Part shown: one piece after another, positions 37,568 to 52,000 of the stretch
Layout of the letters: each line of letters opens with the position of its first letter
Position numbering within the stretch: the stretch's first letter is position 1
From: Amoebophrya sp. A120
Taxonomy: Eukaryota; Protista; Dinoflagellata
Assembly (NCBI GenBank): GCA_905178155.1
Contig: CAJINV010000002.1
Span: 10,890,634 to 10,954,633, forward strand
Length of the DNA stretch: 64,000 nucleotides
Reading direction: 5' to 3'
The notes under the pieces: generated by a model
Databases searched by the model: none
Seen by the model: the letters and a program-made list of their open reading frames with translations, nothing else
What the model was told of the DNA's origin: nothing
Program-made: the position numbers and the translations under genes

Positions 37568-40092
37568 TGGTACGTCCTTGTGAAACGGTTCTCAAAGTAG
37601 AAGCAAGTACGCGCGATTGGAGGATTTCTGTTTCATCCGTCGTAGTGCTGGGATCTTGCATCCGCGAGGAACTACTGTGGTGCTGCGCAAGATCCGGGCG
37701 TGCTCGTGGTCATTCTCAATCTCATCGATGGGAGGTGGCTGATTTGCCCATCTGCGCAAGTCAGTGAGAAAGACAAGAAGCGGAAAAGAAAAGAAACGGA
37801 CGCTGGAACTTACGAATCTAGGTCTACCTAGACCGGCGCTGCGGATGAGGAAAGACGGGAACGCGGAGCTAGAAGCGCACACGTAACACCATGAGCTTCA
37901 TGGGGACTCAGCATCAGTGGGAGCAGCCGCAAGAAGATTGGTCTACTTTTTATATGTAGTTGAAAAGTTTAGATGACGACCGCTAACGCTCGTGATGGCA
38001 ATCTACAAGGCGGGTAGGCTCCTGGTGTTCGAAAGTTCCGGCTTCTGTTCTGGATCACTTCGGGTCTTCGCGCGAGGCAATCAGGCAAAAGAAAGCAACG
38101 TCCGTGGTGGAGTGGGCAGCGGAGGCTGTCATAAATGGAAGGCCGCGTTTGGTATCGCTACCAGAAGTGCGGACGGGTTGCTTCACAATCTGGTCTGCAA
38201 GCTTTCGCCGGCAGGTTGCACAGCAGCGAGGTCGTGAAAATATGCAACATCTCATTTGACCACGCGAAGCGGAAACCATGACTCACTCCATGCTGGGGCC
38301 GTCTTCATCACGTCCAAAAGGACGAGGATCCAGAGGCGCCGGCGCTCTCATGGAGACCTCAAAAAAAAAGAAAAAATCACCCGAGCTGAAATGAAAATGC
38401 ATCGAAGGAGCGTCGGTTTCGGAATGCGAATGCAATTTTCCGCGGTTTAGGCGACTATTGAGCCTTGCCCGTTCGAGGAACGGGATCGAAAGCGTTCCAG
38501 ATTCGGAATCGAAAGCACTGCGATCCCTGATTGTATTGATTCCAAAGGACTGAAGTTTTTCTTGGAGGCGGAAAAAGTCATCGGATTGATTGAATCCGAG
38601 ATCATCATTTCTCCATCCACGTAAAGAAGAAGAAACGCGAGCGCGACTGACCGGATGACTACAGACAACTTGTTCATCATTTCTTGACACCACTTTGGAA
38701 AGAACAAGCTGGAGCCACGCACGAGGATCATGGCCCCCCGTTTTGTTGTGCCTTTTTAACCCCTTGCGGTTGCTCTGCTCGGAACAAGATCTGCAGCGTC
38801 TTTTCACTTCTCATTACGTAAATAGCAATTCGAATTTGATGTCCATGTTGCCGCGAACAAGGCCGATAGGGCCACAAGATGAAGACACGAAAAAACAACG
38901 ATCCTGTTTGGAAAAACATTTCTATTTCTGTCTAGCGTTGCGATTGCGTTTTTTTTGTGTTTGTATGGAAAGGAAGGCGGAGCCAGGCCACGATAAATGT
39001 TTCAGTTTCTGGTTGTACCCAGATAGAAGAGGTTCCTCATCAATAAATAACTAAGTAGTTTACAACAGTCACGATCCTGTTTTTGCTTAGAAAGAGGTGT
39101 TCCTGTTTTTGATACCTACGTCAACGAGTTTCATTGGCCTGTCGCACGTGTGTTTTTTTAAAAAAGTTTTCAAGAGTACTAGCATTATATGCGCCGTAAT
39201 ATTTGTCCGTGCAGTACATATTTCTTTCCTCGTTCGTCGTAACGCTCGGCGAACATACATGGAAGGATCGTGTCTTCGCTTGCAACTTGTATATCTTCAA
39301 AAAGTATACTTATGAATAAATGATTGAACGATTAGGCTCTGCAAAACGGAAAACAAGCTTCTGTCACGATGTTGCCTTTTTCGAACGGAAACTGATCATA
39401 TATTAACGGTTGAAGAGATGATGCGAAAATGGTATTGCTGCGGATGCAACTTGGCTAGAACAAGATGAAACCACGACAGCTACGACCCCACCTTCATCTG
39501 GGAGCTTGACGACGAGTAGAGTGCAGCCGCCGGGGAAGAATCAGTTTCGGGTTTGAGCAAATAGCTTCTGATGTCTGCCAGTCGGCTTCGGCACTAGGTA
39601 CGTGCAGATGCTCCGATGCAGTTGCAGAAATTCGAACTAGGTTGCACAACTTGTAGCTGCAGATATGTAGTGAGCAGGAGACAAACGCAAACCTCTCCCT
39701 CGCTTGCCTCCACCTCCGAAAACGAGCACGCTGTGCCTGGTATAAGCTCTGTCGCAAGAGGGCCCAGAACCGATGAGAAGTGACCGGTTTCTGCAGGGCG
39801 ACATCGCGCAAAACACTTTTGAGACCTACGACACGGCGACAAAAAGTGGTAGAACGACACAGAGAGACCTCCTTCAAGAGCTGCAGTCGCAGCTGTTGTT
39901 TCATCGCGGTGCTACTTTATTTCACCAAAACTGCCGCTTCGCGGTGGTGACTGCATACTAGTGTAAGATCTTCAAACCTGAAGGAGGACAAAATCTTACT
40001 TCTACTCACTGTCGGCGGGCGGCTAGAAGAAGCTTGGTGCGGTGCCACAGGAAGTGTGGGTCACAGCGCCGCAGTTGTACACGACACCGAGG

Positions 40093-43000
40093 ATGCGCGT
40101 CGGGGATAGCGCCGCCACGTCGTCGTCGCAGCATCTCGCTGTGGGCCCTTCGCGAAAGCGGCCTGCTGCGGGGTTGAGGTCAGATTTGTCTCGTGGAAAG
40201 GCCGAACTAAAAATGCAGCTTCTTGTGAAGAACAACGAAAAGGCAGTAACTGCAGCTCCAGTTGTGTTGACTGCGGCCACGAGTACGAGGAAAGTGGCAG
40301 GACGATTGACGGCGGGGAAGAACGGTGTTGGGACCTCCACGGGAAAAATGCGCCGGTCGCACAGCTACTCTTCGTCGCGGGGCAGCGGATTTTTCCGAGC
40401 CAGTGGCAGGGCCACGTCGACGTCGTCGCACTCGCTGCCCGTGGATTGTGTGGAGCGCGAAAATACCGGTGAGGGTAACGACTACGACGACCGCTCCTAC
40501 AGTCCTCAGGACCTCGCGCCGGATGGAGTTGTTCCTGGCTCTGCGCCCACCTGGTTTTGTCAGCACTCTGTTAGTACCAACTCGTGTTCGCAGCCACAGG
40601 AGATAAGTCCTTGTTGCACCGTGGGACTGCCCAACTACAGCTACGACACCGACTCGCATGATTCCACCAGTAGGTCTGGTGCTGCCGTCAGAGGGAGCAA
40701 AAACCACAACACTTCTGTGTGTAGCGTCACGGAGAAGATGGCTGTGATTGGCACTGTCGTGGCCGAAAGGGTGTCGCCACCGAAGACGATCGTGCTGCGC
40801 TCTCCTCCGGAAGAAGTGTGCTCCTCGTGGTCCAGAGCCTCGTCATCTTATTCCTTCCCAGGTAGCTGCATCATCAGTAACGCGACAACCGCCAGCGAGG
40901 CATCGAAGTGTCTCCCTTCATTTACTTCTCCTGCAACATCGAACACGAATGAACAAGTCGTTTTGGAACGGAGGGATCTTGGTTGCACCAGGACGAGAGG
41001 AGGGAATGACGACGCCAGACAGGACGCTGAGCTAGGGGGACACCAAGGACCAGCAGAAGCTCCACTTCTTTTGGAGAAGCCGAAGAAACGCGACTGCTCT
41101 GCCTCGACGTCCACTTCTGTGGTCGGCAAGCCTGGGTCGGCGATGGTTCATTATGCCGCATGCATGGTGCCACCAACCGAAGGTCCATTTTCAGGAAAGA
41201 AACTCAGCGCACAAATCGGACAGGAAAAAATGGAGCTTGAGCTTCATTTCGGTGGAGCGACCTCTGATTTTGCAACTGCGTCGTGGAAGACGAGCAGCTG
41301 CTCTGCACTGCCAACCAGAGAGGTGCGAGCACTCGCCGCCACTCACGAAGAAGCTACTGACTTGTCGAAGACGTTGCTGTCGGAAACGCAGCCTCATGCA
41401 CAAAAAACTGCGGTACCAACTCCGTTTCCGTGTCAAAACGATTGCGTCGGACAGCCGAAGATGCCTGGATATAATTCTGGGTCCGCTAGTCTTTATTTCA
41501 CGCCTGGAAATTATAGTGGCTGTACGGAAGCAGAGCTTGAGCCGCAGCATCAATCACAGCGTGGCGGGCTCTGTGAGAATTTTCACAATGCGTCACCAGC
41601 TACTTGTGTACACTGCGGTACATCAATTGCCTTCGGGTCCGGTATCGGGACCGGAAGCGGTGGGACCACTTCTGCGCCAGTGGCCGCTTCGGTGGTAAAA
41701 CAGACGGCAAATAAACGGAAAAGGGCACGTTCGGTCGACCGCGGCGTTTTGGAAGAAGAAGTGGTGTTCTTGGACTGCAAAGAAGAGACGAATGTCGATG
41801 TGCTTGTCGCGGACAGAGACGGACACTCTTCCAGAGCTTTCTCGAACGCTCGCTCGCACCACACGCGAAATTATCCTAAACGTTTACGTTCTCCTGCCGA
41901 TAAAACAGATAATTTTCTTGTTGGCGTGGGCGCACTTTCCACCGAAAGCGGGCTGACGGAGATGACAAGTACTACAGTCACGCGCGATGTGTTGTCTTCG
42001 ACAGACGATGACAAAGCTCCCGTGTGTAGTCTTGCGCAGCAGGGCAAGAAAGCGTCGCGAACAAGAAACCGAACAAGTGTCGCTCGGTTGCAGTATCCGG
42101 TGGCACACCCCGAGAGCAGAGCGGCGGCGCCGCGCACAGCTTGTTTCATCGCGTCAGATACCAGCACCGATAGCCAGCGCGGGGATGCGAATTCGGTCGT
42201 TGTGGATCGTCGTGCTGCAGAAAGTCATTTTTTGCAGATCCCGACGCCCGGAGGACATTCAGCAACAGCGCAACCGGACGGAGAAAGCGTAGCCAGATCA
42301 TCGCGTCGCTCTAGCACCGATAAGTCTCGTCCCTATCTTCACCTCGAACTCGATGCGCGCACCAAGCCGGAGAAGCGCAGGAGAGCGGTCTCAAATGGAA
42401 CAGGAGGGTCCGTGTCGCTGTTGGACACGAAGATGGCGAGCGCAGGCGTCAGCACACTATCTTCAGTGATCTGCAAGGGGAAACAAGAAATGCCACTGTC
42501 GTCTGCAGCAGTAACACCGCTACTACCGCTCGCCGCAGGAACTAATCGACCAACATGTCCTTCGTGCATGCAGTGTGCGTGTCTGTTGTGTGCGGACACA
42601 GGTACTGCAATATGCGAAAAGATGAATACGAAAGAAGGGGGGCAGACAGCAGCTGTTACTACTAGCACCGCACCGGAACGACGCATCGACCCCACCGCCC
42701 AAGGATACGACAGTTGCCAGCCCAGTGGATCTTCGAGAAGCAGCCTGATTGGATCAGGTTGTTTTTTCGTCGGCGAAACCAAAAGATCTCTTACAGAAGA
42801 AGCTGGATTCAACATTTCTCCCCGAAGCGCATACAACGACGGTGTTGTTCTCTCGCGTGGGAATCTTTTCCCCGCAGAGGGCCAAATTCCTGTAGTGCCG
42901 AGCATTAATGTAGTTGAGAAACTGCAGGAATTCGATATTGAGATGATTCACCCTCGTCACACTGCGTCGCAAGCATGGGCCGCGGAACGGCCGTGGCCCG

Positions 43001-46000
43001 TGTCGGCAGCTTCGTCGGAACCAACTGGCGGAGCGTCGGCAGCACTGCGGCGCCAGGCAGATCCTGGGCAAGTGGTGCATCGAAGTGACGCGGCGCCACT
43101 CTGTCCTCGGACGAGGACGGGGTTGCACGAGGACGAAAGCAGGAGTTATTACACTGTCAGTGACGACGCAAATGCTCGAGAGGAACGCCACACTGAAAGT
43201 GAAAACGGATCTCTGGCAGGTGATCACGACGGCTGTAACAATGAAAACAAGCAGCGCGGCCAAAATTCTCGTCCTCCGGTGAATCAGCAGCAACTCGAGG
43301 CAGTATTAGGAGCGGGATCTAGTACAGATCCTCAATGTCGTGGCACCTGCAGTACCGACCACTCGGAAGAGGGGAGTGTCGAAAACAAGAACGTCGAAAC
43401 TCTGTTACGACGACCGTCGGGAAGTGAATTCGCGGAGGCGGCGGACGAAGTAGCAAGAATTCGGCTAGACCGACAACAAGCTGCAGGGGCGGAAGCCACG
43501 ACGGCCACAAGTCAGACGAGGCCCGAACTGGAGAACACGACGATCATATCAGAGGCGCACGGGAAGTCATGCGGCGGAGAGTCACTAAGACTATGTGTCA
43601 AGGTCAACGTCAAGCTCAAGCACGGCGATTGCTATAACGAAGCACGCGGCCGAACTAGTAGTCCTTGTAGAGTACTACAAGAAGAAGATAGTAATCCTCA
43701 AAATACAGCTCCTGGAGGAGCTAATAGGTGTGCTGACAAGGAACAACATCATCAGGAGCAACGCGAGCATGAGAAGAACATGTCGCTGCGAAAAACTATA
43801 CTTGGCAGAACTACAAGTACAACGGGAAGTGGTGCCGAAAGCAGCCGGGTGGGGGAACACAATGGGGGCTCTGGTGCGAGAGGATATGTTGCAGAAGCAG
43901 AAAGGAAAAGACGGAGGAGAAGCATCATGACGGGAGGGGGGAACGAGCGGGAAGTGATGCCTTCGATACTGCGGTCCGCCGGGCCACGCTTTCTGGCACC
44001 TCCGGCTGTGAGAGCAAGTAGCAGTTCATGCAGCCGACCTCCCCCGACGGCGACGGGTACGGGAGCGCTGGCCCTGGCACGTGGATTGATGAAAAGCAGC
44101 ATGAATAAGCGAAAGCAGAAGGCTCGCTATCGCCGCAACGTGTTCACTTGGGGCTCGACGCTGCTCCTGTGTGCAACTGCCGGAGCGCGCGCAGTGGTAA
44201 CGGGGTCTCCGAAGGCCGATGTCGTGAGAGCTGGGCCTGGTACTGAATACAAATATATCTCTGGTACTGAATACAAATATATCTTGCACTTCTTCCGCCG
44301 CGTCTTTCCAAAACCAACAACTACCTATTCAAGCTATAATGAGACTCCAGGGACGTAGAAGAATAGGAGTCGATAAGGGACAATCTAAGGCTTAGAGTCG
44401 AACAGATTTAAATCATCATATCTTGATGCCCTAATATCGTACCCTATCACCCACAATATTCGCAACTGAGCCTGGTATATGGAAGCCAGCGCATAACGGA
44501 AGATTTGTACAGGAAGGTGACAAAAACAAGTTGCTCTCAGATGTAGCCCGATAACCAACAGACACAGGAAGAGGTCGTTCGGTTTTGATCTGGGATTTTA
44601 TTTCATAGCCTAACACTACGGCATCGGCATTTGTTGTCCCTCCGTTCTCCTTTTCAGGTGGCAGCATGAAGCAAGGTGGGTCATCGTCGTCGGGGTCCGG
44701 GCAAGGACCAGGAAAAGGAGAAAGTAACCATCAAAGACGGGGCGCGCAGCACCAGCACGAAGGGCGCGGAGAAAGCGGCGAGCTGCGAAGTCTGTACGAT
44801 CAGATAGATGACGATGAGTCACCACGCACGCCGCAGGGAAGGGCGGGTTTGTCCTTTACAGCACAGCGTGCCGTCAACGCGTTTCTCCGGCAACGCATGA
44901 AGACGAACGGGCACGGAGCTCCGCACCATGGGAAGGGGGCCACTGCATCCTCCACCGTCTTTTCAGACACAACGACACCTTCCCCTCGGGGGGTACACAC
45001 AAACGGGCTCGCGGCGCGCATTCGCAATCATCATCAAGCGAGTGCAGCCGCAGCGGCATCCGCATCGTCGTCTGCAGGCATCGAAATTGAAGGTTCTGGC
45101 TCGAGGACGGTGGGCGCGTCGGCCTCCGCTGCAGCTGGCGCGGCCGGCTCCGAAACCCCAAGTCGTGGGGCAGTTGCGTCCCGAGCAGGAGCGAGCGCAG
45201 AAGCTGGCCGCGAGTCCGGGTGGGGCCGTTTGGACCAATTTTTTCGGGAGCGAGAGCCGGCTAGTTTGCTGAACCAGACTTTGATCGACCCGCATGACCC
45301 GCAACGTTCCATTCTGCCCGTCGGGGAGGTCGTGCTAGCCCCGGAGTTCGACCTCGGTTGGCGACGAGCCTTCACCGTGCGCTGCGTTCAGGCACTAATC
45401 ATCGCGATCTGTGTGCAAGCAGCCGCGTACCACGCTTTTGGCAGCTCCGGTGGTCGGACGGAACCAGAAGTAGGCGCGCTGCCGTCGATGGCGCGCACGG
45501 CGGGGGACGACCAAGAAGGCAACCAGCGGCAAGCTGTCTACTGCCCTCCGGACGGACCGGAGGCATCTTCATATGGCGGCGCAGTCTTCTGCCGCGCTCC
45601 CTTTTCCGCTAGCAGCTCCGTCCCGGGAATGACGTCGCATGCTAGCGAAGCGTCGGCTGCGGCGGCGAGCAGTGCAGAAGAGCAGGGCCAGCAACTGCGC
45701 CTGCGTCGGCAGGGAGAAGGCGGCCGCCGCGATCAGCAACTTCGACCTACTGCTACGAGGAACACCTGGCGAGAGACTTTGCAGGGCCTGCTGGAGCAAA
45801 GCGGAATCCAAGGTTGGGAGAACCAGATGAACCGTTTGGACAAGGATCTTGGCGGGAAAAGCATGGACGAGATAATGGTGGGTTCAAAAAAGGATGTCGT
45901 CGCGGAGCAGCCGCACCAGAAGGGACCCTCCATGCCTCTCGACGGCGCGGAAAACAGCGCGGCACCTGGCGGAAGTAGTACTAGCATTGACGAACCACTA

Positions 46001-49000
46001 CTAGAAGACAATACCCTGATCAACACGCTGCAGAACGCGGATCGCACCACGGGACTGCAATTCAACCAGGCATGGAACCGCCTCGTTGCGAGCTTTCAGG
46101 CAGCTGGTCTGTCGCAGCTCATGGCGAGTGGCCGCGGTGACAGCCCCGACGGCGCGCAACCGGGGATGCGGGGCGACCTTGAGGTAGCAGAAGAAGGTGG
46201 CCTGGCGGGTTTAGCGGCGGCCGTTCCGGATGATGGTTCGGAACAATTGCAGGAGGACGAATACGGCCGTGAGCCGGCCCGGTCGAGTGCGGTCCGCACC
46301 CATGGAATGGCATGGACCGCAGCTTTGGTGAAGTTGGCGTCGGTGCAGCTAACCCGAAGCCCGCTGGCCGGGGGGTTCGGAATCGGCGGCACGCAGGAGC
46401 TCCGCATGCCCGATGTGCACGGGATCGAGACACTGGTCCCCCCCGCGGCACCGCAGCAGCCCGGACGCCCGCCACCACGTTACCGTAACGACGGCGCGCA
46501 ACAGGAGGCACCACCCGAAGATACCCATCCTCGCGACCGCCCCCCGCTCTTCGACGGAGGAACGAGCAGCGATGCGTGGGGCGTACCGGCCGGGAGTGCC
46601 ACCGACCTGTTCGACAAACTGTACACAGACCGCGAGCAGGAGTTGGAGGAGCTGCGGAAGGGTGTGGAGCGCTTGGGGCTGACTGATGAAGGGGAGAACC
46701 TTGACGCAAAAGTGGCCCGCTTGGGGAGTCATGATCACTCGCCCCGGGCTGCGACCGAAGACAAAAAACCCGCAGTGAACTGCAACTTTCCGAACGATCC
46801 ACGACTGCTGCTAGTGGAGTATGATCAGTGCGGTACAAAAAACTTCTTTTCACGACCTGCTTTTCTTTATGTGCTGCAGAGCCTGGAAGAAAAAGTGTAT
46901 GTTTGTCATGCACGGCTCCACTCAGTCTCAGACTGTGACTGAGCGCACGTGCAACTCGTGGAGTGGTTGAATATGGACGGTTTATGTAGACCACTGTGGT
47001 TTTTGTGTCCTCTGAACTTGCTGTTTTGGACGAGAACAGTATCGCCGCTGTTTAAAGGGTCCTTAGTTTGGATTCGTCCGTTGATGTTTGAATTTACACT
47101 TTCAGGTCCTTTGACACCTACTCCAATGTTGCTGTTCGGAACGATTTGGGTATGGGTAACAGCGATCGCGCCCGGTTTTTTAGGGCTTGTCCGCGGTTAC
47201 CGTTCGGGCGGCTGTTCAAGAATTACGCAGCAGTTTCGCGAGGTCATGCAAGTGCTGACGCATTGGGGTAAGACGAACAAGACATTGCTATCTCTGATGA
47301 TTTTGTATGTAAGTACTCAAAATGTAGTGATGCAGCTTCCACACATCCATGCAAAAACAGACGCACAAGAATGATTTGAGTTGTGCAACGCATTAGCGCA
47401 ATTGCCTACCTGCTTCAAAAGCGTAAAGATGTTGATAAGTACTTCCATATACAGGTGTCTCGCCCGGCAGCAGCATCAAAGACGTACGAGTTCGGCTACG
47501 CCAGCAGGAAATGGGAGCTGCGGCGGGGATTACTGAGCGCCGTCTGAACATCGGGCAGGGAAACACGGTACAATGACATGCGATCGGATTCGAACTCTGC
47601 CTGTAGAAATAAAAGACACCGAGACCGACGAAAACATTGTTCGTGAAAGAACACTACACAGATCTTCATGCGAATCTGGATTAAATCGTTATCGGTCTAT
47701 TCCGTCGCGCTCGTGTTGAACAACGACAAACGCATACTCACATCGTGCTATGCTGTACTAGAAAAGGGACGGTCTTTCTTGTGCCTGTACGAATTACATT
47801 ATTGGCAAAGCATCCACTTCAGGTATTGGACCTCCGTCGGGAGATTGCGCGCATTACAGGGACTGAACAGGACTTGTGGCAGGTGTGGCGGCTGAACCCG
47901 GCAGCGCCACCTCATTTGCTGCATGACTCGGCGCAGCTGGACTCTCTGTCGGAAACGCGCCGGGCGATACTTGTTTTCGACCTTGATGAGGCGGAGCGAC
48001 GCAGATCGGGGGGTTGGACGGGGCGCGTGGGCGCTGTGGGGCGAGGAGCAGAGCATTCCGTGCGCGCCGCGTCCAGCGCAGCTTCGAGTAGCGGCGGCAG
48101 GTCTTCGTCGGATCAAGATCGTGGCGCAGAGGAGGCGGGAAATCGAGCAGAGCAAGGCCTTGTACAAGCTGGACAGATGAGTCACATCCCGGTCTTGGCG
48201 GGACACCACGCAAATAATTCCGAAGGTGCCTCTAAGTAGAATACTTTTTCACAAGAGAGAACTTCCTGAGGTTTTTGGAACGGCCGAGAATTTTTGCGAT
48301 TTTTTGGTGTGAATATTCTACGCTTCGCTAGTACTACTTCAGATCGCTTGACTCTATCTTGGCGAAACAGAAAGTTAACAAGAAGTCAAGATGATGAATT
48401 ATTCATGTACATACGTTCGCATAATAAAACAGCTGATCTACCGTTTCAACCCGAGCAACGGAACTACAACAACCTGCCGAGTTCGTCCTCGTCGTCATCC
48501 CTGGCTTCCCAGGGCCAAAGCCAAGTGGACAACCTTTTCGACCAGCACTCTCTGCACCACGGGAGTCTCAACAACGCGTCTCACTTGCACCAGCCATCAG
48601 TGCCTGCCGACTTTGCTGCGACGAGACCGGCTCCCGCAGCTTCGGCGGGTAGTCCTCTGGGGCTCTCCGCTGGAGCTGCGAGCGCTGCTGGTGGGCCAGG
48701 CGGCGTTTCCCTGTTGACCACAGCCCAGCGTGAACAGCTCTCGCAATTTGGGACCACTGGTGCTGCTACACCAGGTCAGCAAACGCCTCTCGTGCCTACT
48801 GGCATGGGGGAGCGCTCCTACAGCAGCGGCTCTCTACCTGCCGATTCAGTTTTCCAACAGGGATCCGATCCTTTCGATCCGCTTTCCTCCGTTGCATCAC
48901 CTCCTATGCGCCAACTGTCTGGCGGCTCCTCGTCAATCGCCGAGTCAATTGCCGAAGCACTAGCTCCTGTTTTTCAACAACAGCCGACGTCCGGTGGTCC

Positions 49001-52000
49001 GCAGCCCGGTGCAATGCAGCAACAGCATCACCACCAGCCTCAGCAGCTCGCTCCTTTATTGGTTTCCGGAGGCGTTTCCGGTGTCGGAGGACCCGTCATG
49101 TCAGGGTCGTTGGTGGACCCGCAGATGCAATTGCAACCTCTTCCGAGCACCGCGGTTCCAGCAGCGTCTCGAGTAGACCCAGTACAGCCGCCAGCACATC
49201 ACCACCAAACGCAACCTAGTTCGTCCACGTCGTCTTCCTCTGCCCGAGGAATGAGCACACCGGGCGCACCAGCCGCGGCAAGCGTGTCAACACTGGAGCA
49301 GCAGCCGCCGCAGTTCTACTTTGGGACCAGCGCGGCCGCGGGGGGCAGTCGCAGTGGTGCCAGTAGCCCTCTGTTGCCGCACTCCGCGTCCCTGCCGCCG
49401 CCGTCTCGACCTGGGAGCCCGCACCTCTCCACGCAGTCGTCGAGCACCAGCTCCCTACATCAACTCGACACGGCCCAGGCGCTACCTGACGTGTCCTCGT
49501 TGTTGCTCCCGTCAGCTGGTGTACCCCCTGCGCTTCAGCCACTGCAGCGAGCCGCGTCGGCCCCTTCTCCTGAGCAGGGAACGCGGACGCCGCCGCAAGT
49601 GCAACGTGTTCCCGATGCGGACGTGCTGGTGGTCTCGCGCCATCACGGTTTCGCGTCGTCGAGCACGACCCCCTCCTCGGGTGGAGCACCAGAAACACGT
49701 GGAGCGAGTGGTCTGGATGAGTCGCTCTTCGCCGGCATGCAGCAGCAGGTTGACGCCATTCCGGTAGCGACGGTGGAGGTGGTGCCGGCAAGAAGGGCCG
49801 GAGCCGCCTCGCCGGTGCAGCAGCGCCACGACTTCGCCTTCCTGGAGGAGGAGGACGATGTGCCCGTCGCTGAGCAGGTGATTGTGCGCCGCGGAGGCGC
49901 CGGACCGCCGGTCTTCGGCAACTATAGCGACCCAGCGGGTCGCGGAGAGCAGCCGCACGAACTCCGAAATCCACATCCGCCACAGCACTGGCACTACCAG
50001 CAGCCGCTGCACCAACAACAGCATCAATATTTTCCACCAGCACACCATCAACAACACCACGTTTTGCCTACGCTCTTCGAGTCTCCATCCGCCGAGCCGC
50101 AGCAGCGGGAGGTGGATCTACTACATTTGGACGAGGACGCGGAAGTTGAACAAGACCGGCAAGAACAACCGGGGGGAACAACACTGGTTGCAGCTAGTAG
50201 TGCAACAACCTCGACGCCGCCTTCTGCGGCAACGGGTTCGTTCTGGCAAGAACAATTGCAGCAAGCTCCACCGCACGATCAGCCAAGTAGTTCGTCAGCG
50301 GAGGAGGAGCCTACGTCACAGGCTCCCCGCCGTCCGTCGTCCGGCGACGAGGATGTTGGCAGTGGTACCGGTTCGGATCAGAGCAGCAAAGAGCGTATGT
50401 TGTCGTCGTTGGGCAGTCTGTCCTCCAGTTCTCCCGAATTGGAGCCGGAACGGAAGACCACGCGGCCCCCAGGCGGTAGCGAGCAGCTCCCGCTGCTGCC
50501 CCCATCTCCGATAAGCGTCGCGGTCGGAGCGAAATCACCCGGCGCAGCGGCCGCAGCAAGCCGGTCGCTCTTGAGTCCCAGCCGCAGTCCGCGATCTTCC
50601 GCCTCTTCCCGCAGCAGCAAAGGAAATTATAGACCTTCCGGCGGTAGTTCTATGCCTTCAACGAGCGGTGAGGCGGCGCTGGACGCACCAGAACCAGTGC
50701 TCTCGGACGTGGCGAGCAGAGTTGTAGACCTGCTCGAAGGTAGCAGCGGTCCTTCTGTGCAAGATGGAGCGTCCTCGGGCGCAGCTTCATCCGCAGCGAT
50801 ACGTTCGGGAGGAAGCGCATCGACAACGAGCCCCACATCTGCGACGTCGCGCAGTAAGACGACCACCAAGAAGGCAAGTGCGACCCCGCGCGCCGGCGCG
50901 CGCAGTAGTCGAGCGGCCGCGGGCGGTGCAGGTTCGTCTCCCACATCCAGTGAGCAAGGTGAGCTGGATTCGATCCCCCTTGCAGAACAGCGCATCGTTC
51001 CCCGGCAAGTCCCGTACAAAACGCAGCAACACCCCGCAACCCCTCTGCTGGTGCCGGTTAGTGCGAACGCGCAAACCGGTTCTACGGGCGGAAGCGCAAG
51101 TACGGGCAATCGAGCCGCGCCGCGCGGGTCGCGACGTGGAAGCGCCGGGAGCAGTTCGGAACAAACCGGAGGCGGAGTCGTGAACCACCGCGCGCCGCCG
51201 AACAGTCCCTCCGCCCGAGAGCGCCACGTGCACCATCGGGGGCGGTCCGGCGTCGCAGTGGATCATGGACTGGTCACTTCACACCAGCTACCCGATGCGG
51301 GGGTCGTTGCGGCCCCAGGCGCCAGCGGCCAGTCAGTTGCGCAGGCGCACGGCAATCCAATGGGGGTCAACCTGAAGGCCCCGCCGCCAACCCCGGAGCA
51401 GGCAGAGGAAGACGACAAAACGGAGCCTAGCCCGGCCGACGAGTTCATTCCCGTGGCGGAACACAAGGTGCGTAGGACACTTCAGGCAGGTACAACTTCT
51501 GGTAGCTCCAGTGCTTCTAGTGTGGCGTCGCAGGGCAGTGCTGGTGTCGGTGCCCAACTCGCAACAACAAGGCCGAACAGTTCGCCGGCCCTTGCGAACA
51601 TCGCCAACCGAAGGACCGGAACAACGGCAGCGACGAACAAACCTGGCGCTGCGTCTAGTACAACAACTGCTACGGACGCAGGACCCTCCTCGGAACCGCG
51701 TCCAACTGCCGCTGCCGCGATGGCCGCCTACACCATTTCTGGAACCTCTCCGGCCACAACCACACAGCTGCCACGGGGCGTCGCAGTTGCCGCGGGAGGA
51801 GGTGGATCAGCGTCTGCCTCTGGCCGCAGTGGCGTCGTTGCTGTTGGCGGTGGAAGCGCTCCTGCAGGGCAGCCGCTGCAGCAGGCCGCATTTCCAGCAG
51901 ACCAATCGCAACCGCGCTCGACCAGCGCATCGTCTTCTGGTGGTGGCCCGAGCACTGGAGTAAGTGCAGCAAATTCAGGCTTGGCACGAACTTCGGGGGG

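Noticed and set aside
37600-40040. Short ORFs in the region between ZNF207 and the 40-kb gene
   Set aside because: There is no codon bias, recognisable motif or consistent exon chain; it may hold UTR or upstream exons but I cannot support a call.
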